Below are positions 1 through 13,991 of a stretch of 64,000 nucleotides of DNA, piece by piece. The notes under the pieces are model-generated. The model searched no databases and had not been told where the DNA came from. It saw only the letters and a list, made by a program, of their open reading frames with translations. Both the position numbers and the translations under genes were made by a program. Position 1 is the stretch's first letter. Every line of letters starts with the position of its first letter. Source of the stretch: Nemertoderma westbladi (taxonomy: Eukaryota > Animalia > Xenacoelomorpha); contig JAUCBJ010008515.1 in the NCBI GenBank assembly GCA_032718475.1, positions 50,128-114,127 on the forward strand, given 5' to 3'.

Positions 1-1439
1 CAATTTGTAGGTAACAACGTCGTTTATTGTTTTGGTTAGAAATTACAGCCGCTGTAACCTGCTCTTTTCCTTCAATTGGAAGGTAATAAGTGTTTATAAT
101 TTCCCACATTCCCATCCACCTTCCCATACTCTTTAATAAATAGTAAAATTAATAAAATTCTTAAATTTCATACATATTTTAAATGTAATAGGCCTATATT
201 AATAAGAATCATTACCGTACTTAATTAATAATATTAATTATAATTAATATAATTAACTTTAACTATTAATAATGATAACTACACTGTAAAAAATAAATAG
301 CCTTTTCACCATAAAAAGGTCGCGTATAGCCCTGCTGCACCTCATTTATGGTAAAAGGTATTAAACAAATTAATGCAAAGGCCATAAATAATATATGGCA
401 AAAGCTGGTTTATTTCTTGTGATTCACCATAAAATATTTACGGCAAAATAGGAGCTGCTCTGCTAGGCTCTGCTCTATAGGCGGTAAACCTCTATAATAA
501 AGTTATGGCGAAAATCTGTGGATTTCCTGGTTCGCCATAAAATAATTATGGTGAAATTGACCCTGCTGTCTTTAGTTCACCATGGAACATGTTATGGCTA
601 AAATACGTTTATATCTGGTGATTCACCATGTACATGCTATGATTTTTGCTATGGGGGTATTCCTGGTCACTGATTTCATTTCGAGGTCAGTTTTCACTTT
701 TAGTGAAATCTAGTTTTTCTGTATGTCTCTCTGTCGGTCTTTCGGACTATCCGACAATCTATCCGTCGAATATGAAGGTTACACCATCGAGGTAAAAGTT
801 TAGTTATAGGGGTTTTCCTGTTCGCAGAATTCATTTCTATTGTCAGTTTTATCGTTTGATGATTTCCAAATTGTCTGTTTGGCTGTCTGTTATATTTTGA
901 CGGACAGACATACAAAAAGAAACGACAAGGCCAAATTTGAATACTGACATCAGAAATGAAGTTACCGACCAAGAAAACCCACATAGGAATTTTTTTTAGA
1001 CAGATAGTATTCTTTTTATTGACGGGCAGACCGACAGTCCATCGGATAGAGAACCATTTCGAGAAGTATGACAGATCTTGCTAAACCGTTTTCAAATTTG
1101 GAATCTTGATATAAATCTGCTCTAGATGAAATATGGAAAACTTTTTTAAAACTAAATAAACTAATATTGCAATTCATTGTTACACAAATTGACAAATAAC
1201 ATAGTAAACAATGACATGACAAATAACGTGTTAGTTAACAAATATTGCAAAACATTGTTATTTCATGACTAATATTGAAAAACATTGTTCCTAATTCGCC
1301 CAGCCTGAGAGTTTTTTATTACTTTATGGCCAGTTATCAAACTTGCAATAAACTAAAAAAAAAAACCATTTGGGAAAACGAAATTAAAAGCATAAATAAG
1401 GCCTAAAGTAAATAAAATAACGTAGTCAAAGCTTTTCAC

Positions 1440-2378
1440 AGATTCAATACCCCACTTGGTTAGTATTGCCCGCCAAGCTGTCTTCAGAGGTCTGAAAAAG
1501 GCCACATCCAAGGGTTGTAGTATGTGAGTGGCATTAGGAACAAGAGGAATATAACTAATATTATTTGATTCGCAGCTAAGAACAACTTTAATAGAGAGGT
1601 GGCTAGACAGATTATCACCAATAAGAATTTTTTCCCATTCAGTTTATTGGCAGCTGGTAGAAATACCTCGAAGTACATCGAAACCTCGAACCATCCTGAT
1701 TCTGTTGCATCGTAAATTGTGCCGGATGGCCCCCCTATTCCCCACTCCGGATCGTATCTTCCAGCTTTATATATCACCATAAGAGGCAATAAATTACCAT
1801 CCGCTGACCCACTGAACATAAGAGAGACCACCTGTTTTGATTTTGAGATAATACGCTCCACACGTTTCAAACCACGCTTGCAGATAACCCTTTTGTCCCC
1901 AGGCTGCTGGGCTGGTTGCTCACATTGGTTTCATCAAAATTGAAAATGTTAGATGGTGGAATCACATCTGTTACTTCAGCTTCGTAATTGTTAAAGAAGG
2001 CATTAAGTTGCTTCTCGCCAACCTCTGCCCTTGCGGGAGTAACATTTTCTGCGATGTGTTTGGTTAGCTTGTGTCTAACAAGGAACATTTCAAGCCAATC
2101 GCGTCCTGGAAGGTTTGTCTCGGGTCATGCTTGAGTCCTTGCTGAGTTAAATTATTTCACTACTTTCCCTGCAATATTTAGCATGTTTTGGACCATCATA
2201 CAGACTTCAATCCCTTCAATTGGTTTTCTCCAACGAGCTAAGATATTTATGGCCTGTACAACTTTCACTTCCACTTCATTAGTCATTGCTGTAGGATGAC
2301 CAGCCAATCCCTCGTGGTGCTTATTAATTCTATTCCACAGTGTCCCATAGCGTATTTTCAGCTTTTTACTTACACATT
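1440..2378 (-). pseudogene. Tigger/pogo-family transposase remnant
   Basis: Fragmented frames give an HTH-like stretch (KIRYGTLWNRINK), PPSNIFNFDETN, SADGNLLPLMVIYK and YDATESGWF, typical of pogo/Tigger DDE_1 transposases. Frameshifted. Confidence 0.8.
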
Positions 2379-2379
2379 T

Positions 2380-3892
2380 AATGCGGTCGGAACGCTGTCT
2401 GAGCTCCGGAAATGGTGGGACGTAGTAGCTGCGCGGGGTCCTTTATACGGGTACTTTCCGACGAAATGTGTCCTCCTCGTAAAGCCAGAGTTTTTTGGAG
2501 AAGCAGAGTCCCTATTCCCGGAACCCTGCTTTACGATCGAGGTCCGTGGGTGCCGACTTCTCGGCGGCGCCGTCGGCACTGAAGAGTTCCGACAGGAGTT
2601 CGTCGACGCCAAGGTTACCGAGTTTATCCGACAGGTGGAGCGTCTCGAAGGAATCGCCGCCATTGACCCGCACTGCGTATACGCGGGCCTCGCGATTGGG
2701 TTGTCGGCGCATTGGCGATACATATCGCGCGTTATTCTGCAGTCTACGGATCGGTTCGGAGATCTCGAGGCTGCCGTCGAGAAGTGTCTTGCGTCGTTAG
2801 CGGGGCAGCCTGCCATCACTCCTGCGGAACGGGTACTCTGTTCGCTCCCGGTGCGCCTTGGAGGTTTAGCGATCCCGCTTCCGTCCGACCTAGAGGAGCA
2901 ATATAGTAATTCTAGATTGTTATGTGCGCCATTTAATAAGGGGGGTAACGTAAAAGAAAGATCGGAACTGCAAAAAGAGGCTACTAACCTTATTAGGATC
3001 CGGGAAACCGCCAACCTGAAGAAGAAGGTCGAGGAGGTTCATTTAGGACTCAATCGGGACCAACAACACCTACGGGAGCTGACATCCGAGAAGGGCGCTT
3101 CATCCTGGCTAAACTCTCTCCCGGTGACGATCCACAACACTCACCTAGGTAAGCAGGAGTTCCGCGACGCTCTATGCCTGCGCTATGGTTGGCAACCGAG
3201 ACTTCTTCCGGCCCGGTGCGCCTGTGGGACACGATTTTCAGTAAATCACGCTATGTCGTGTCCCACAGGCGGCTATCCGTCTATTCGCCACAATGAAGTC
3301 CGCGATTTCTTCGCCACTACACTAACTGAAGTAGCGCATAACGTCGCGGTCGAACCTTATTTGCAGCCAGTCACCGGTGAGCAGTTCATCCGACATTCCA
3401 CTTCCACCGACGACCAAGCCCGCCTCGATGTGTCAGTCTGCGGTTTCTGGGGTTCCAGGTATCAGAAGATATTCCTGGATGTCTCCATCTTCAACCCCCT
3501 AGCCCCCACGAATGCTGCAATGCCTCTCGCCGACGCCCACCTCCATCACGAGGCCCGCAAGCGTAATCTTTATGACGAGCGGATTCGTGAAATTGAGTTG
3601 GCGACATTTACGCCGCTCATATTCTCGGCGTATGGTGGCTTCTCGCCAACCACGTCTCAGTTCGTGAAGCGACTCGGGATATTACTCTCAGAGAAGCGTG
3701 AGGCACCGTACTCCGAGTTTATTCGTTGGATCCGCCGTGAATTGAGTTTCGCGCTCCTCCGCGCGGGTTTAATGTGTCTGCGGGGTGCGCGTTCTGCACG
3801 GAATCGACCGGTACGCTGCGATACTCCGATACAGATGTCCAACTCCGACACCGACACGTCGCCGTACCCATAGGCGACTAAATATAAAAAAA
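2380..3892 (+). mobile_element. 5'-truncated non-LTR retrotransposon with restriction-like endonuclease (CRE-like)
   Basis: RT C-terminal part (LRKWWD...GPLYGYFP; LPVRLGGLAI), CACG..HAMSC zinc knuckle, RHNEVRD, and RLE motif ARLDV...FLDVSIFNP. Short A tail at ~3885-3892. The YADD motif is absent, so the element is truncated. Confidence 0.85.
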
Positions 3893-5267
3893 CCTGTCTG
3901 CATGTCCAGGTTTTGAACTGCGCATCACGACTCTATTAGGCCTAATTTTAGTAATATACTGGTATTTTCTGATTTTTATGTAGGCCTATAGGCCTATTGT
4001 TATTGTTTATACTTGTTACCTAGGCTACGTCAGATGGTGGTGGGACAATGTTTGTTTTTATATATTATATATATTGATATTAAAATTTATCTAATATACT
4101 TTCTCCATGTTCTTTAACTCGGCGAATTGCATTATATTACTGTATTATATTCTATTATATTTCAGTATTTTGTACATAGAATAGGCAGATAGGCCTATAT
4201 CTATAACAGTACAAGAAAGTACCGATACTAAATTAAGGCTGTAAGGTTGTTTAGGTGTAATGATATATGGTAGAAAAGAAAGATATTATATTGTTGACTG
4301 TAGGCCTACCACTACCGGTCAGCCGGTTCTGTACTGGAGTGCTGTTTATCTTATCATTAAGGTACAGTATTTGTGTCAAATATCAAAGAAGCCCCAGTGA
4401 AATCAAAGTAACCCCAGGGTATCAAAGTAGCTCCGTTCTACGGTACCCATTGCCCAGGGCACAGGGTACCGGCAGACCGGTTCCGGTACCTTACCACACT
4501 CCTGGTCTGCTCTCTGCTCTGCTGGCTGGCTGGTTGCAGTAGTCCTACTGACCAGTAGCCCGCTGACCGTCAGACCGTTCCGTTACATTGCTGCACTGTC
4601 TGAATAAATATGTCATCTGTCTGTCTGTATGCTGTAGCGCTGTAGGTTCAGACAATCAGACATTACAGCATTAGCTAGTAATACTGTAATAGCAGCTACC
4701 GGTCAGCCAGTGACCGCGACCGGTACAACTGTAGAACAGTAGAAGCCTACTCCTGTCCTGCGCCAGCAGTAGTTTCTATAATTATTGTAGGTATGCCTAC
4801 AGCAGTGCAGCTGTACAGACGACAGATTAAGATATTTCTCTATTAGGCCTACTGCTGTACTGCATAGTAGCTACCGGTACAGCCAGACAGCTGCACTGCA
4901 AACTGCAACAGTTATAATAACAGAGAATGCAGTAATGTACCGTACTGAAATAAAATGTCTACAATGTGACCGACCGCCGGAATTCAAATCTGCCTCCAAT
5001 TTAATCATATTTCGGTTAATTAGGATTTCCCTTAAATAATTTATGGTCAAAAATTTGCAATTTCTGGTGAAAATATACAAGATGTCATAAAGCCACAGGC
5101 CATAAAATAATTATGGCGAAACACCTAATGTTGTTTATGAAAACTTAACTTAATCATACGGTGAAATTTATTCGTGATTATGTTAAGGTGATTTACCATA
5201 TAGAATACGGCCAATTTATGTGGCATTAACTAAGGTAAGGTAGTTCACTGAATCATTTTTTACAGTG

Positions 5268-7308
5268 TATCCACCCGGGTCCCAACAAGACGCTTTCAAG
5301 TGATGACGTGGCGTTACCCGCGCCCCAAACACCTGCGAGGAAGAGGAAACGACTCTTTATGCGAAGTATACCCAAGCGAAAGCGATGATATACGATTACT
5401 ATCAGTTAGCCTGTCAATCTTTATAAAATCACTGTACTCGTTCGTCAACCATTAAGTACATTATAAAACTATCATATTTGTAAATATTAAACAATATGTA
5501 TTTCTTATTATTAGAGTGAAATTCGATATATTAGTCGAATTTATGTATTTTATATTTGAAGGATAATATGACTCAATATTTACCAACTTACGTTGATTAA
5601 TTTACCTACCTACCATATTTGTAAATATATCAAACTCTAATATTGTTTGAAAGGTTGTTTAAAACTTATTTAGTCCTATCGGAAGTGACTCAATGAACTT
5701 TATTGTTTTATATGAGGAAGTTGATCTACCTTAATTAATTTTGTTTAATTATTTAGTTAGATTGTTTATCGTATTTAATCGTACGTAGTAAATATACAAT
5801 ATTGACATTGTCTTTAACCGTTGAAAGATTGTATGTCCCTTTCCACGTAAATTTTCAAAAAAAAACTCAACATTGTGTTATTCATAGAACGATTGTCGAA
5901 CTTGTACGTAATTTTAGGGAACGGTTTTGCTGCACAAGCTAACTGTATATAAAATCGTATATTTTTATCAGAGAATCATTCAATTTCTGTGTGTATCATA
6001 TTTATGCCTAACTCATATTGTATACCACCGTGAACCTTGTTTATATGTTGCCTAACAGCAGTTATGGTAGTGCTGAACTATCATTGGTATCTACCGGCAC
6101 CAGTATTCTTACATCCTATTGGATCCGCGATTTATTCTCCCAGTGTTTATATAGTCGATGTTCATCCCATTATTTCCAGGCCATGGCCTACTATATTTAT
6201 ATGGCCTAACAGGTCACTTGAATTGCCCTCCTAAAAAGAGGTCATTGTTGAACATTTTGTATCGTACGTTTTAAACAGCACATAGGCAAGACACAGTGTA
6301 GATAATGCCCAAAACATGTACCAAATGAGATATTATTGTAATACAGTGGGTTTATCATCGGCTATACATTGTTAGGAAGCATGCAATGCTTGGTTTGACC
6401 CTTTTTGTTCAAAAGTGTCTATTTTTCTGTTTCATTTTTGATTTGATTTACGAAATCAATTCCCAATATAAAATTGAGAAAAAAAGACGTTAAGAAAAGA
6501 GAATTTTTCAAATATGTTAATTTAGTTTTTTTCTTTGAATTGATCATAAAACTTTTGTTAGAATGATATGTTTTATCTGTCTGTCCTTCTGTCAGTCTTA
6601 ATATTGTCTGTCAAATATTCAATGATTCTCAACTCTTGAGAGGTTGAGCGGATTAAAATTATGGGGCTCGCTGATTTCATTTCTGATGTCAGTTTTCATG
6701 TTTGATGGATTTAAGACTGTTTGTATGTCTGTCCGACTGTCGGTCTGTCTGTAAAAATATAAGGAAGTTTACTAGCTGACGACAATTTTCGTTATGGGGG
6801 TATTTGAGTGCGGTGATTTCATTTCCGATGTCAGTTTTTATGTTTTATGAAATTGAAATTGGGTGGGTGCATAATTAATTAATTTGAAAATCTTTGAAAA
6901 TTAATTAATTAATATTCTAGATCATGTGAACTTTCGGAAAAGTTATGAAGATATAATAGTTATAAGGACAAATTATGAATAAATAAAATAATAAAAAATG
7001 TCATTGTGTGTCAGGTCAGTTTGAGTTTACTTATTCTCAGTCTTCTTACGTTGTCGCTCTTTGAACGCAGCAACACTCTGAACTCGTCTTTCATCAGTTA
7101 TCTCACGCGTGCATTATTGAAGAAGATATTGGCCAAAGTAAGATACACAGTATCAGCCTTCTTCTTGTGGAGCTCGCAAAAAAAATACTGAATATGAAAT
7201 ACCGTAGGTCTTTAACATGGACAGGGCTGCTGCTCGAATATGAATCCCGGATCTTTGAAGAATACCTTCAACGTAACTTACCTGAGCAATACAATCCCCA
7301 ACAGCCTC
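5268..7308 (+). repeat. Copy 1 of a ~2 kb local duplication
   Basis: Near-identical to 15574-19186 once the 16567-18146 insertion is removed. Confidence 0.9.
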
Positions 7309-7560
7309 GGTAATCTCAGGTGATGGGATCTGCAGACCTCCTCGAATAAGGATATCGATATAGGTGCTGAAGGATGGACCAGGTGCTTCTTCTTCCATCT
7401 GTGAGGCCCCTTGGAGCGAGAATACAGGGCACACGTGGCACGTTTCTTTGTCCAAACTTGGGTACTTGGGTTGTCTCTATAGTTGTATTTATTTATTTTT
7501 CTTAAGTTATTTAATTTTGTGGCCAAAGTTGCCATGTTGATTCGGATCTAATCTAGCGCC
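7022..7560 (-). pseudogene. P-element/THAP9-like transposase C-terminal fragment
   Basis: IRGGLQIPS...CELHKK...NIFFNN...SVAAFKERQRKK read across frames. A partial second copy lies at ~18900-19186. Confidence 0.55.
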
Positions 7561-7579
7561 GACATTTGAAGAATTAGAT

Positions 7580-8346
7580 TTTATTATTTATATTTATTTA
7601 AATTACATACAATGGGTTATATTTCACAATATATTCACAATATAATAAGTTATTCATGCACACACAAAACATACAATTTTGAATAAATAGCATAGGGGCC
7701 TACTTGGGTGAAAACGTTAAAAATGTCGTCATGTCATATTATCAATGAGGTAGGACTTTAGGCGTTGTTTAAAGATATTTCTGGATTTTATAGCTGTACC
7801 GTCACAGGGGAGACTGTTCCAAAATAGAGGGACTCGGACTGAGATTGAATTGTGGGCTATATTTAATTTTATTTTTTATTTATTTATTTTATTTTATTTT
7901 ATATTTAATTTATTTTGCCTTGAGCAGATGATCTGGTGTTACAATGATGAATCTCAGACGATTTATTAAACATATGAGAAAGCTGATGTTAAGTAGTTAT
8001 TAGATGAAATGTTAAATAATAGTTGGCCTAAGTAAAAGTTATAGAGAGTTTGGAGAGGGAGAATATGTAGAATACGGTAGATAGGAATATAAGAATCCCG
8101 AGAGTGGCCGAATGTGATGCACCGCAATGTTTTGTTTACTTTAGTTCTAAGTGGACGAACAGTTGTTGTATGTGTGGAACCCCAAGCTGATATGGCGTAT
8201 GTAATATAAGGATGAAAAAGTATAATGTGCGTAGAATCTGAAGGGGAAATATGTGTCTCAATTTATAAAAAATACCTGATGACTTACTAATTTTGGCTAA
8301 GATATAAGAAATGTGTGTCTTCCAATTTAATTTTTTATCCATCCAT
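7580..8346 (-). pseudogene. CR1/L2-group LINE 3' fragment
   Basis: MDKKLNWKTHISYILAKISKSSGIFYKLRH..LRTLY is the post-RT region of CR1/L2-type ORF2. AT-rich 3' end. Confidence 0.7.
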
Positions 8347-8578
8347 TGTAGCAACTTACAATATCGTTAAAACATATTAATTTGATTCTCAGTAAGTTGT
8401 TATATTAATACGGTCAGCGCTGTCAGATAAGCTGATTATCCTGGTGTTGTTGTTATGTTGCTAAGCAACATACCAATCTCCTATGTACTAACAGCTGTAG
8501 TCCTAATCTCAGCTATATGGGGAGGTGAGATAGGTCCTACTATTTAGAGTATTGTCCAGTAATTGTGACTCCGCCACA
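8347..8578 (-). repeat. 3' LTR of truncated Gypsy element
   Basis: Minus strand begins TGTGGC and ends GCTACA. A G-run polypurine tract (CCCCCCCC at ~8582-8589 on plus) precedes it, just after the integrase C-terminus. Confidence 0.7.
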
Positions 8579-8603
8579 TGACCCCCCCCAGACTCGAAAT
8601 AGT

Positions 8604-11380
8604 TTACAAATAGTCCGGCGGGTGGATTGTTCGTCCTGACCGAGTTTGTGTGGGCGCTAAGGGTGGGCTCTGTGATGGGACAATTTTATTCGGAGCCGCT
8701 GGTTGTATGGGAACCGGAATAGGGTTAGGTGGTCGACCACGGCGCCGTGGATGGGCAAGGGTGACAGGTTTAGTTATGTCAAGATGTGCTGGTTTCAGTC
8801 GGTCGACCGAAACTGTTTCGGTACGACCCCCCATCTCAATCTTGAACGTTTTTGTTCCAGTTTCGAGAACCCTGTAGGGGCCCTCATAGGGCCGTTCTAG
8901 CGGTGTCCGGTGGGCATCGCGTCGGATGAAGACGTAGGTGGCGTTCTGTAGGCCCCGGGGGAACTGACGACGAAGTCAAACCATGGCGTGATGTGGGAAC
9001 CGGAACAAAACGCCCAACCACTTGACGAAGTTGGGGAAGTATTGTTGACGGGGTGTGTTGGGTTTCTATAGACGGTGGTAGGAACTCTCCCGGGACAGTG
9101 AGCGGAGCACCATAAACGAGCTCGGCGGAGGAGGTTCCTAAGTCGTCCTTGGGTGCTGTCCGGATTCCGAGAAGCACCCATGGTAATGCGTCTACCCAAT
9201 CAGGGTTGTCGAGAGAGGCTCGAAGGGCAGACTTGAGATGACGGTGAAACCGTTCTACCAGTCCATTCGCCTGTGGGTGATACGCGGTGGTGCGGTGTAG
9301 TTGGGTGCCCAGCAGCTGATTGATGGCCGACCAGAGGTGGGAGGTGAATTGTGAACCCCAGTCCGATGAGAGATCGGCTGGAACACCGAATCGGGCGATC
9401 CATGTCGAAATGAGTGCACGCGCACAGCTCTCTGTGGAAGTTTCGCTGAGGGGTACAGCCTCTGGCCACCGAGTGAAGCGGTCCACAATCGTCAGCAGGT
9501 GGGTGAAACCGTGTGATGGTGGTAGAGGACCAACGAGATCAACATGTATGTGGTCGAATCGGCGGTGAGGGGTTGCGAAGGTGCCGAGGGGTGCACGTAT
9601 GTTGCGTTGCACCTTGGAGGTCTGGCACGGGATGCAGGTCTTAACCCAGTCTCCTACTTCTTTGCGGAGGCCGTGCCAGACAAACATATCAGCAATGATT
9701 GTCTTGGTTGCGCGAGCCCCAGGGTGTGACAGACCGTGGATGGTGTTGAATACACGTCGTCGCCAGGCCTTGGGAACGACTGGGCGAGGGTGGCCGAGGG
9801 AGGTGTCGCATAGTAGTGTGGCACCTGATGGGCCAAGTGAGACGTCCTCCAGCTGAAGGCCAGAAACAGCCGTGCGGTACATGGCCATCTCTGTGTCGAC
9901 AAGTTGAGCGTCCGCCATGGCCCTGTAGTCGAGCCCAGGAAGCAAGTTGCATATGGTGTTGGTATTAGTCCTGGAGAGTGCATCTGCCACACAGTTGTCT
10001 TTACCAGCGATGTGTTGGATATCTGTGGTAAACTCCGAGATGTAGGAGAGGTGACGCTGCTGTCTATTGGACCATGGGTCACTGGCACTATATTTGACTT
10101 CCGGGGGACATAGTTGGCGGCTAAAGAACGCAAGGGGGCGCCATGAGTTACCGATGAGTTGTTCTAGAACAGCACCCACTGCTGTACCTGATGCGTCCAC
10201 TGTGAGTGCTGTGTGGGCGTTGGTGTTGGGATGAGTTAACATCGTCGCATTGGCGAGGGCATCCTTTGCGATCTGGAATGCGTGATCCATGTTGGGAGTC
10301 CAGTTTAGTGTTTTGGGTTTCCCCGCCAGGGCCGCATATAGGGGTCGCATGATGTCAGCAGCGGAGGGGACGAACTGATAGTAAAAGTTTACCATCCCCA
10401 CAAACTCCTGTAGGCCTTTCACCGTGGTTGGCTGTGTAAACTCCCTGATGGCGGCGACCTTGTCGGGGAGCGGAACGGCACCGTGAGTTGAAATATGGTG
10501 GCCAAGGAAGTCGATTGTTTCACGACCAAACTGACATTTTGCCAGGTTGATAACAAGGCCTTGGTGTTGAAGGCGCATGAAGAGCTGATGGAGGTGTTCA
10601 CGGTGCTCCGACTTGGACCGACTTGCAACGAGAATGTCATCGAGGTAAACAAATATGAAGTTGAGTCCCTGGCACACCGTGTCCATCAGTCTCTGGAAGG
10701 CCTGGGCTGCGTTCTTCAGCCCGAACGGCATCCGAAGGAACTCGAACAGTCCGAACGGGGTGATGACCGCAGTCTTGGCGATGTCGGCTTCTGTGACAGG
10801 GATCTGGTGGTAGCTGCGCACCAGATCGATCTTCGAGAAGATCTTCGCACCTGCCAGTCGGGATGAGAAGTCCTGGATGTGGGGGATGGGGTATCGGTCC
10901 GGAGTTGTGGCGTCGTTAAGTCGTTGGTAGTCGCCACACGACCGCCAACCGCCCGAGGGTTTGGGGGCCATGTGGAGGGGCGACGCCCAGGGACTGTTGG
11001 ACCGGCGGATGATCCCCATCTCTTCCATTTTGCGGAACTCCTCCCTCGCGATTTCCAGTTTATCTGGAGGTAGGCGACGGGCGTGGGCGTGCACGGGAGG
11101 TCCCTGCGTGGGGATGTAGTGCTCCACGCCGTGTTTCGCGGTCGGGTCAGAAAACCGTGGTACTGTAATGTCAGGATATTCGGCAAGTATCTGGGCGAAC
11201 TCGTCATTGGAGGCAGCTATAGAACTAAGGTGGAGGGCGTGGCCCCGGGTCTGTCCACATGGGATCGAGATCCAAGTTTCGGCATCGACCAGACGGCAGC
11301 CTCTCAAGTCGACCAACAGGTTGTTGGCTCGGAGATGCAGAGTTGGCAGAATCCTTGTTCGCCAGGGAACAGGGCCATGA
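8604..11380 (-). pseudogene. Gypsy pol (RT, partly deleted RNase H, integrase), 5'-truncated
   Basis: [66 protein letters not shown], and frameshifted C-terminal VSVDRLKPA. Confidence 0.93.
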
Positions 11381-11384
11381 CATG

Positions 11385-13845
11385 AAAATAACATTATCTG
11401 GGATAATGAAACGTTGGCAATCTACCATTGAGACAAAGTACTACAAGGCATCCCTGTCCACCCCGCAAGATACCAGTGGCTGGGACAGGGTCTCTAACAT
11501 CAAGATGGTCGTCATCCGGAATTTTGCCAAAAGTCAGCCCAAGGCCTACGACTGGGATGATGACGCCCTTGTACGCAATCATAACATTCCCCGTTTCACC
11601 CCAGACTACCCAGGCATACAGATGTTGATAGGTCAAAATGTCCCGAGGCCTTAGAAATTCTGGAGAAACGACCCAGACATCCAGAACCAATGTCAGCTTA
11701 CGCCTGTAGGACGAGAGTGGGATGGTTCTGTATTGGGCCTTCCCAGAAAACTTTATTAGAACGGAAAGGACCGACAAATACAGACACCGACACATGCAAT
11801 TTAGAAACCCACCTCTGTAATGAGATCATAGAGACTGAAGAGAACATATTGATACCCCTGTCCAAACCGACAGTGATAGTGACACACTCCTATCCTCAGA
11901 CCAAGACTGTTTCCTTACTAGGTACAGTGAACCTGATATTGTGTTCCCAATGACTGACCAAGAATTGCTCAGCACCCAGTTGGAGTTGTGTAATTTACTG
12001 CACCACCTCCCGACCTACAGCAAGAGCTGAACGAGTTCGAGGAAGCCAGGAGTCTCTTAAAACTAGAAGAGCATATTGTCACCTGGATGCAGCAGGAAAT
12101 ACTTAAGCAAAACTCCAACGACAAGGCATTGTCATTGGAAGAAGAGCGAGCAAAACAGATTCATGGAACCACAACTAGGTTTTTACCGGAACAAGGCAAA
12201 TACAAAGCTATTTAATAACGAGACGCTTGCGCATAAACGCATTTTACAACTGGAAAGGCATCTCACCGCCAACCCGACAGCTCATGGGTTATATAAGGAG
12301 CAAATGACCAAGTTCATAAGCAGGGGATATGCGGGACTGGTCCCACCAGACACCCCCAAGACTGACCAGACATACTACCTTACTCACCATTACGTCGAAA
12401 GGGAACACAAACCAGGACGTATTAAGGTAGTGTTCGACGGTTCGGCTAAGTACCAAGGACAATCCCTTAACTGAACTACTACCTGGACCCAACTTGTTGC
12501 AGTCTCTACCCGGAATATTAATGCGCATGCGACAATATGCCGTCGCCTTCGCTTCAGACATAGAGGGTATGTTCCTGCAAGTGAAAGCATTAGATATTGA
12601 CCGGGACAGCATGCGTTTCTTGTGGTGGACAGAAGGATACTTAAATTCTGACCCAGTAGAGTATCGTATGACCATTCAAGCATTCGGTATCATTTCCAGC
12701 CCATTGAACTCATGTTCAGTGCTACATCGAACAGCTGACGACCATCGGGATGAGTTTCCACCATCCGTCATAGATAATATCAAAAGGGATATTTATATGG
12801 AAGATATCTTGAAATCAGCCCCGACAGTCAAGGAAGCCATAAACATTGCTCAAGGGACAGTAAACTGCCTGAAACTTGGAGGATTTCGCCTGACGAAATT
12901 CACTAGCAATTCCTGTGAGTTTCTAAAGGCTATACCCCCTGCAGAGCATGGTGATACCGAACTAGACTTAAACAAGGACGACCAGCCAGAGACTAAGACG
13001 TTAGGACTTTGTTGGCTAACAGAAAGCGATACTATGGTATTCAAAGTCAAGTTAAGAAAGGGCGAAACTCGAACCAATCGCATTTGCCTCAGCATACTTA
13101 GCACTTATTTCGACCCTCTCAGATTTATCAGTCCAGTTATTTCACTAGCTGAGATCTCGTTCAGCGAATGTGGAAGGAGAATGACAGTTGGGACGACCCC
13201 TTGACACGGACACTATTAGAAGACTGGTGGTGATGGGAATGGTCCTTACCTGACTTGGAGAAGTTTTCCCTTACCAGAGCATATTTCCCAAATGTAGACT
13301 CCCTGCAGACTTACAAACTTCATGTATTCAGTGACGCGAAAGACAAAGGCATCGGGATTGTAGCTTACTTTAGATGCGAAACTCCAGACGGTATCGCAGT
13401 AGCTTTAGTTGCCTCGAAGGCCCTTATAAGACCAATAGCTAAAACCAAAGACACTTTGACTATACCCAGAGCCGAACTTAAGGCAGCCATATACGCTACC
13501 ATCATTGCCAAGAACGTGTTGGCACAGACAGACTATACGGAAGTAAGGACAGATTACTGGACAGACACTGCATTAGTTTTAGAATATCTGACCAACATGA
13601 CATGCCAATTTAGTGTGTATGTGACAAACCGTGTAGCGCGGATCCTAAAGGACACGACGTCAAACAATGGAGACACAGCCCTGGATTGTTAAATCCAGCC
13701 GACATTGCTTCTCACGGCGCCACCCCTTAGGAACTAATAGATACTAAGTGTTGGTTGCAAGGACCTGCGTTTTTGGAAGGCCCCGAAGATAGTTGGCCCC
13801 AAATTTAACGCCTGCAGAGATAAGGCAGCAAGTGAAAGTTTGGTC
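11385..13845 (+). pseudogene. BEL/Pao pol remnant (protease end, RT, RNase H); integrase deleted
   Basis: YYLTHHYV..KVVFDGSAK, DIEGMFLQV, IYMED(D)IL, LHVFSDA, TIPRAELKAA, NPADIASHG. Multiple stops and frameshifts. N-terminal part aligns with the 48230-49204 ORF. Confidence 0.9.
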
Positions 13846-13991
13846 TGTGTCGGGCTGGGGATGGAGGGCGGCTCAGCATCGCCGGCCCTATACAAACTCA
13901 AGTTATCATAACAATTATATCGACTCTTTGTTGAATCATTAATATATTTATACATAACAATTGTGGATTTTTCTATTAATTGATAACAATT

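Larger units (their letters stand above)
282..5267. mobile_element. Non-autonomous CMC/EnSpm-like DNA transposon carrying nested fragments
   Basis: Terminal inverted repeat (TIR) CACTGTAAAAAAT at 282 and ATTTTTTACAGTG ending 5267, with TA on both outer sides. Many subterminal CCATAA/TTATGG motifs at 300-650 and 5030-5250. Confidence 0.65.

Noticed and set aside
2296-2379. N-terminus of the 525 aa ORF as a real start
   Set aside because: This stretch is the antisense of the Tigger remnant fused by chance to a 5'-truncated retroelement.
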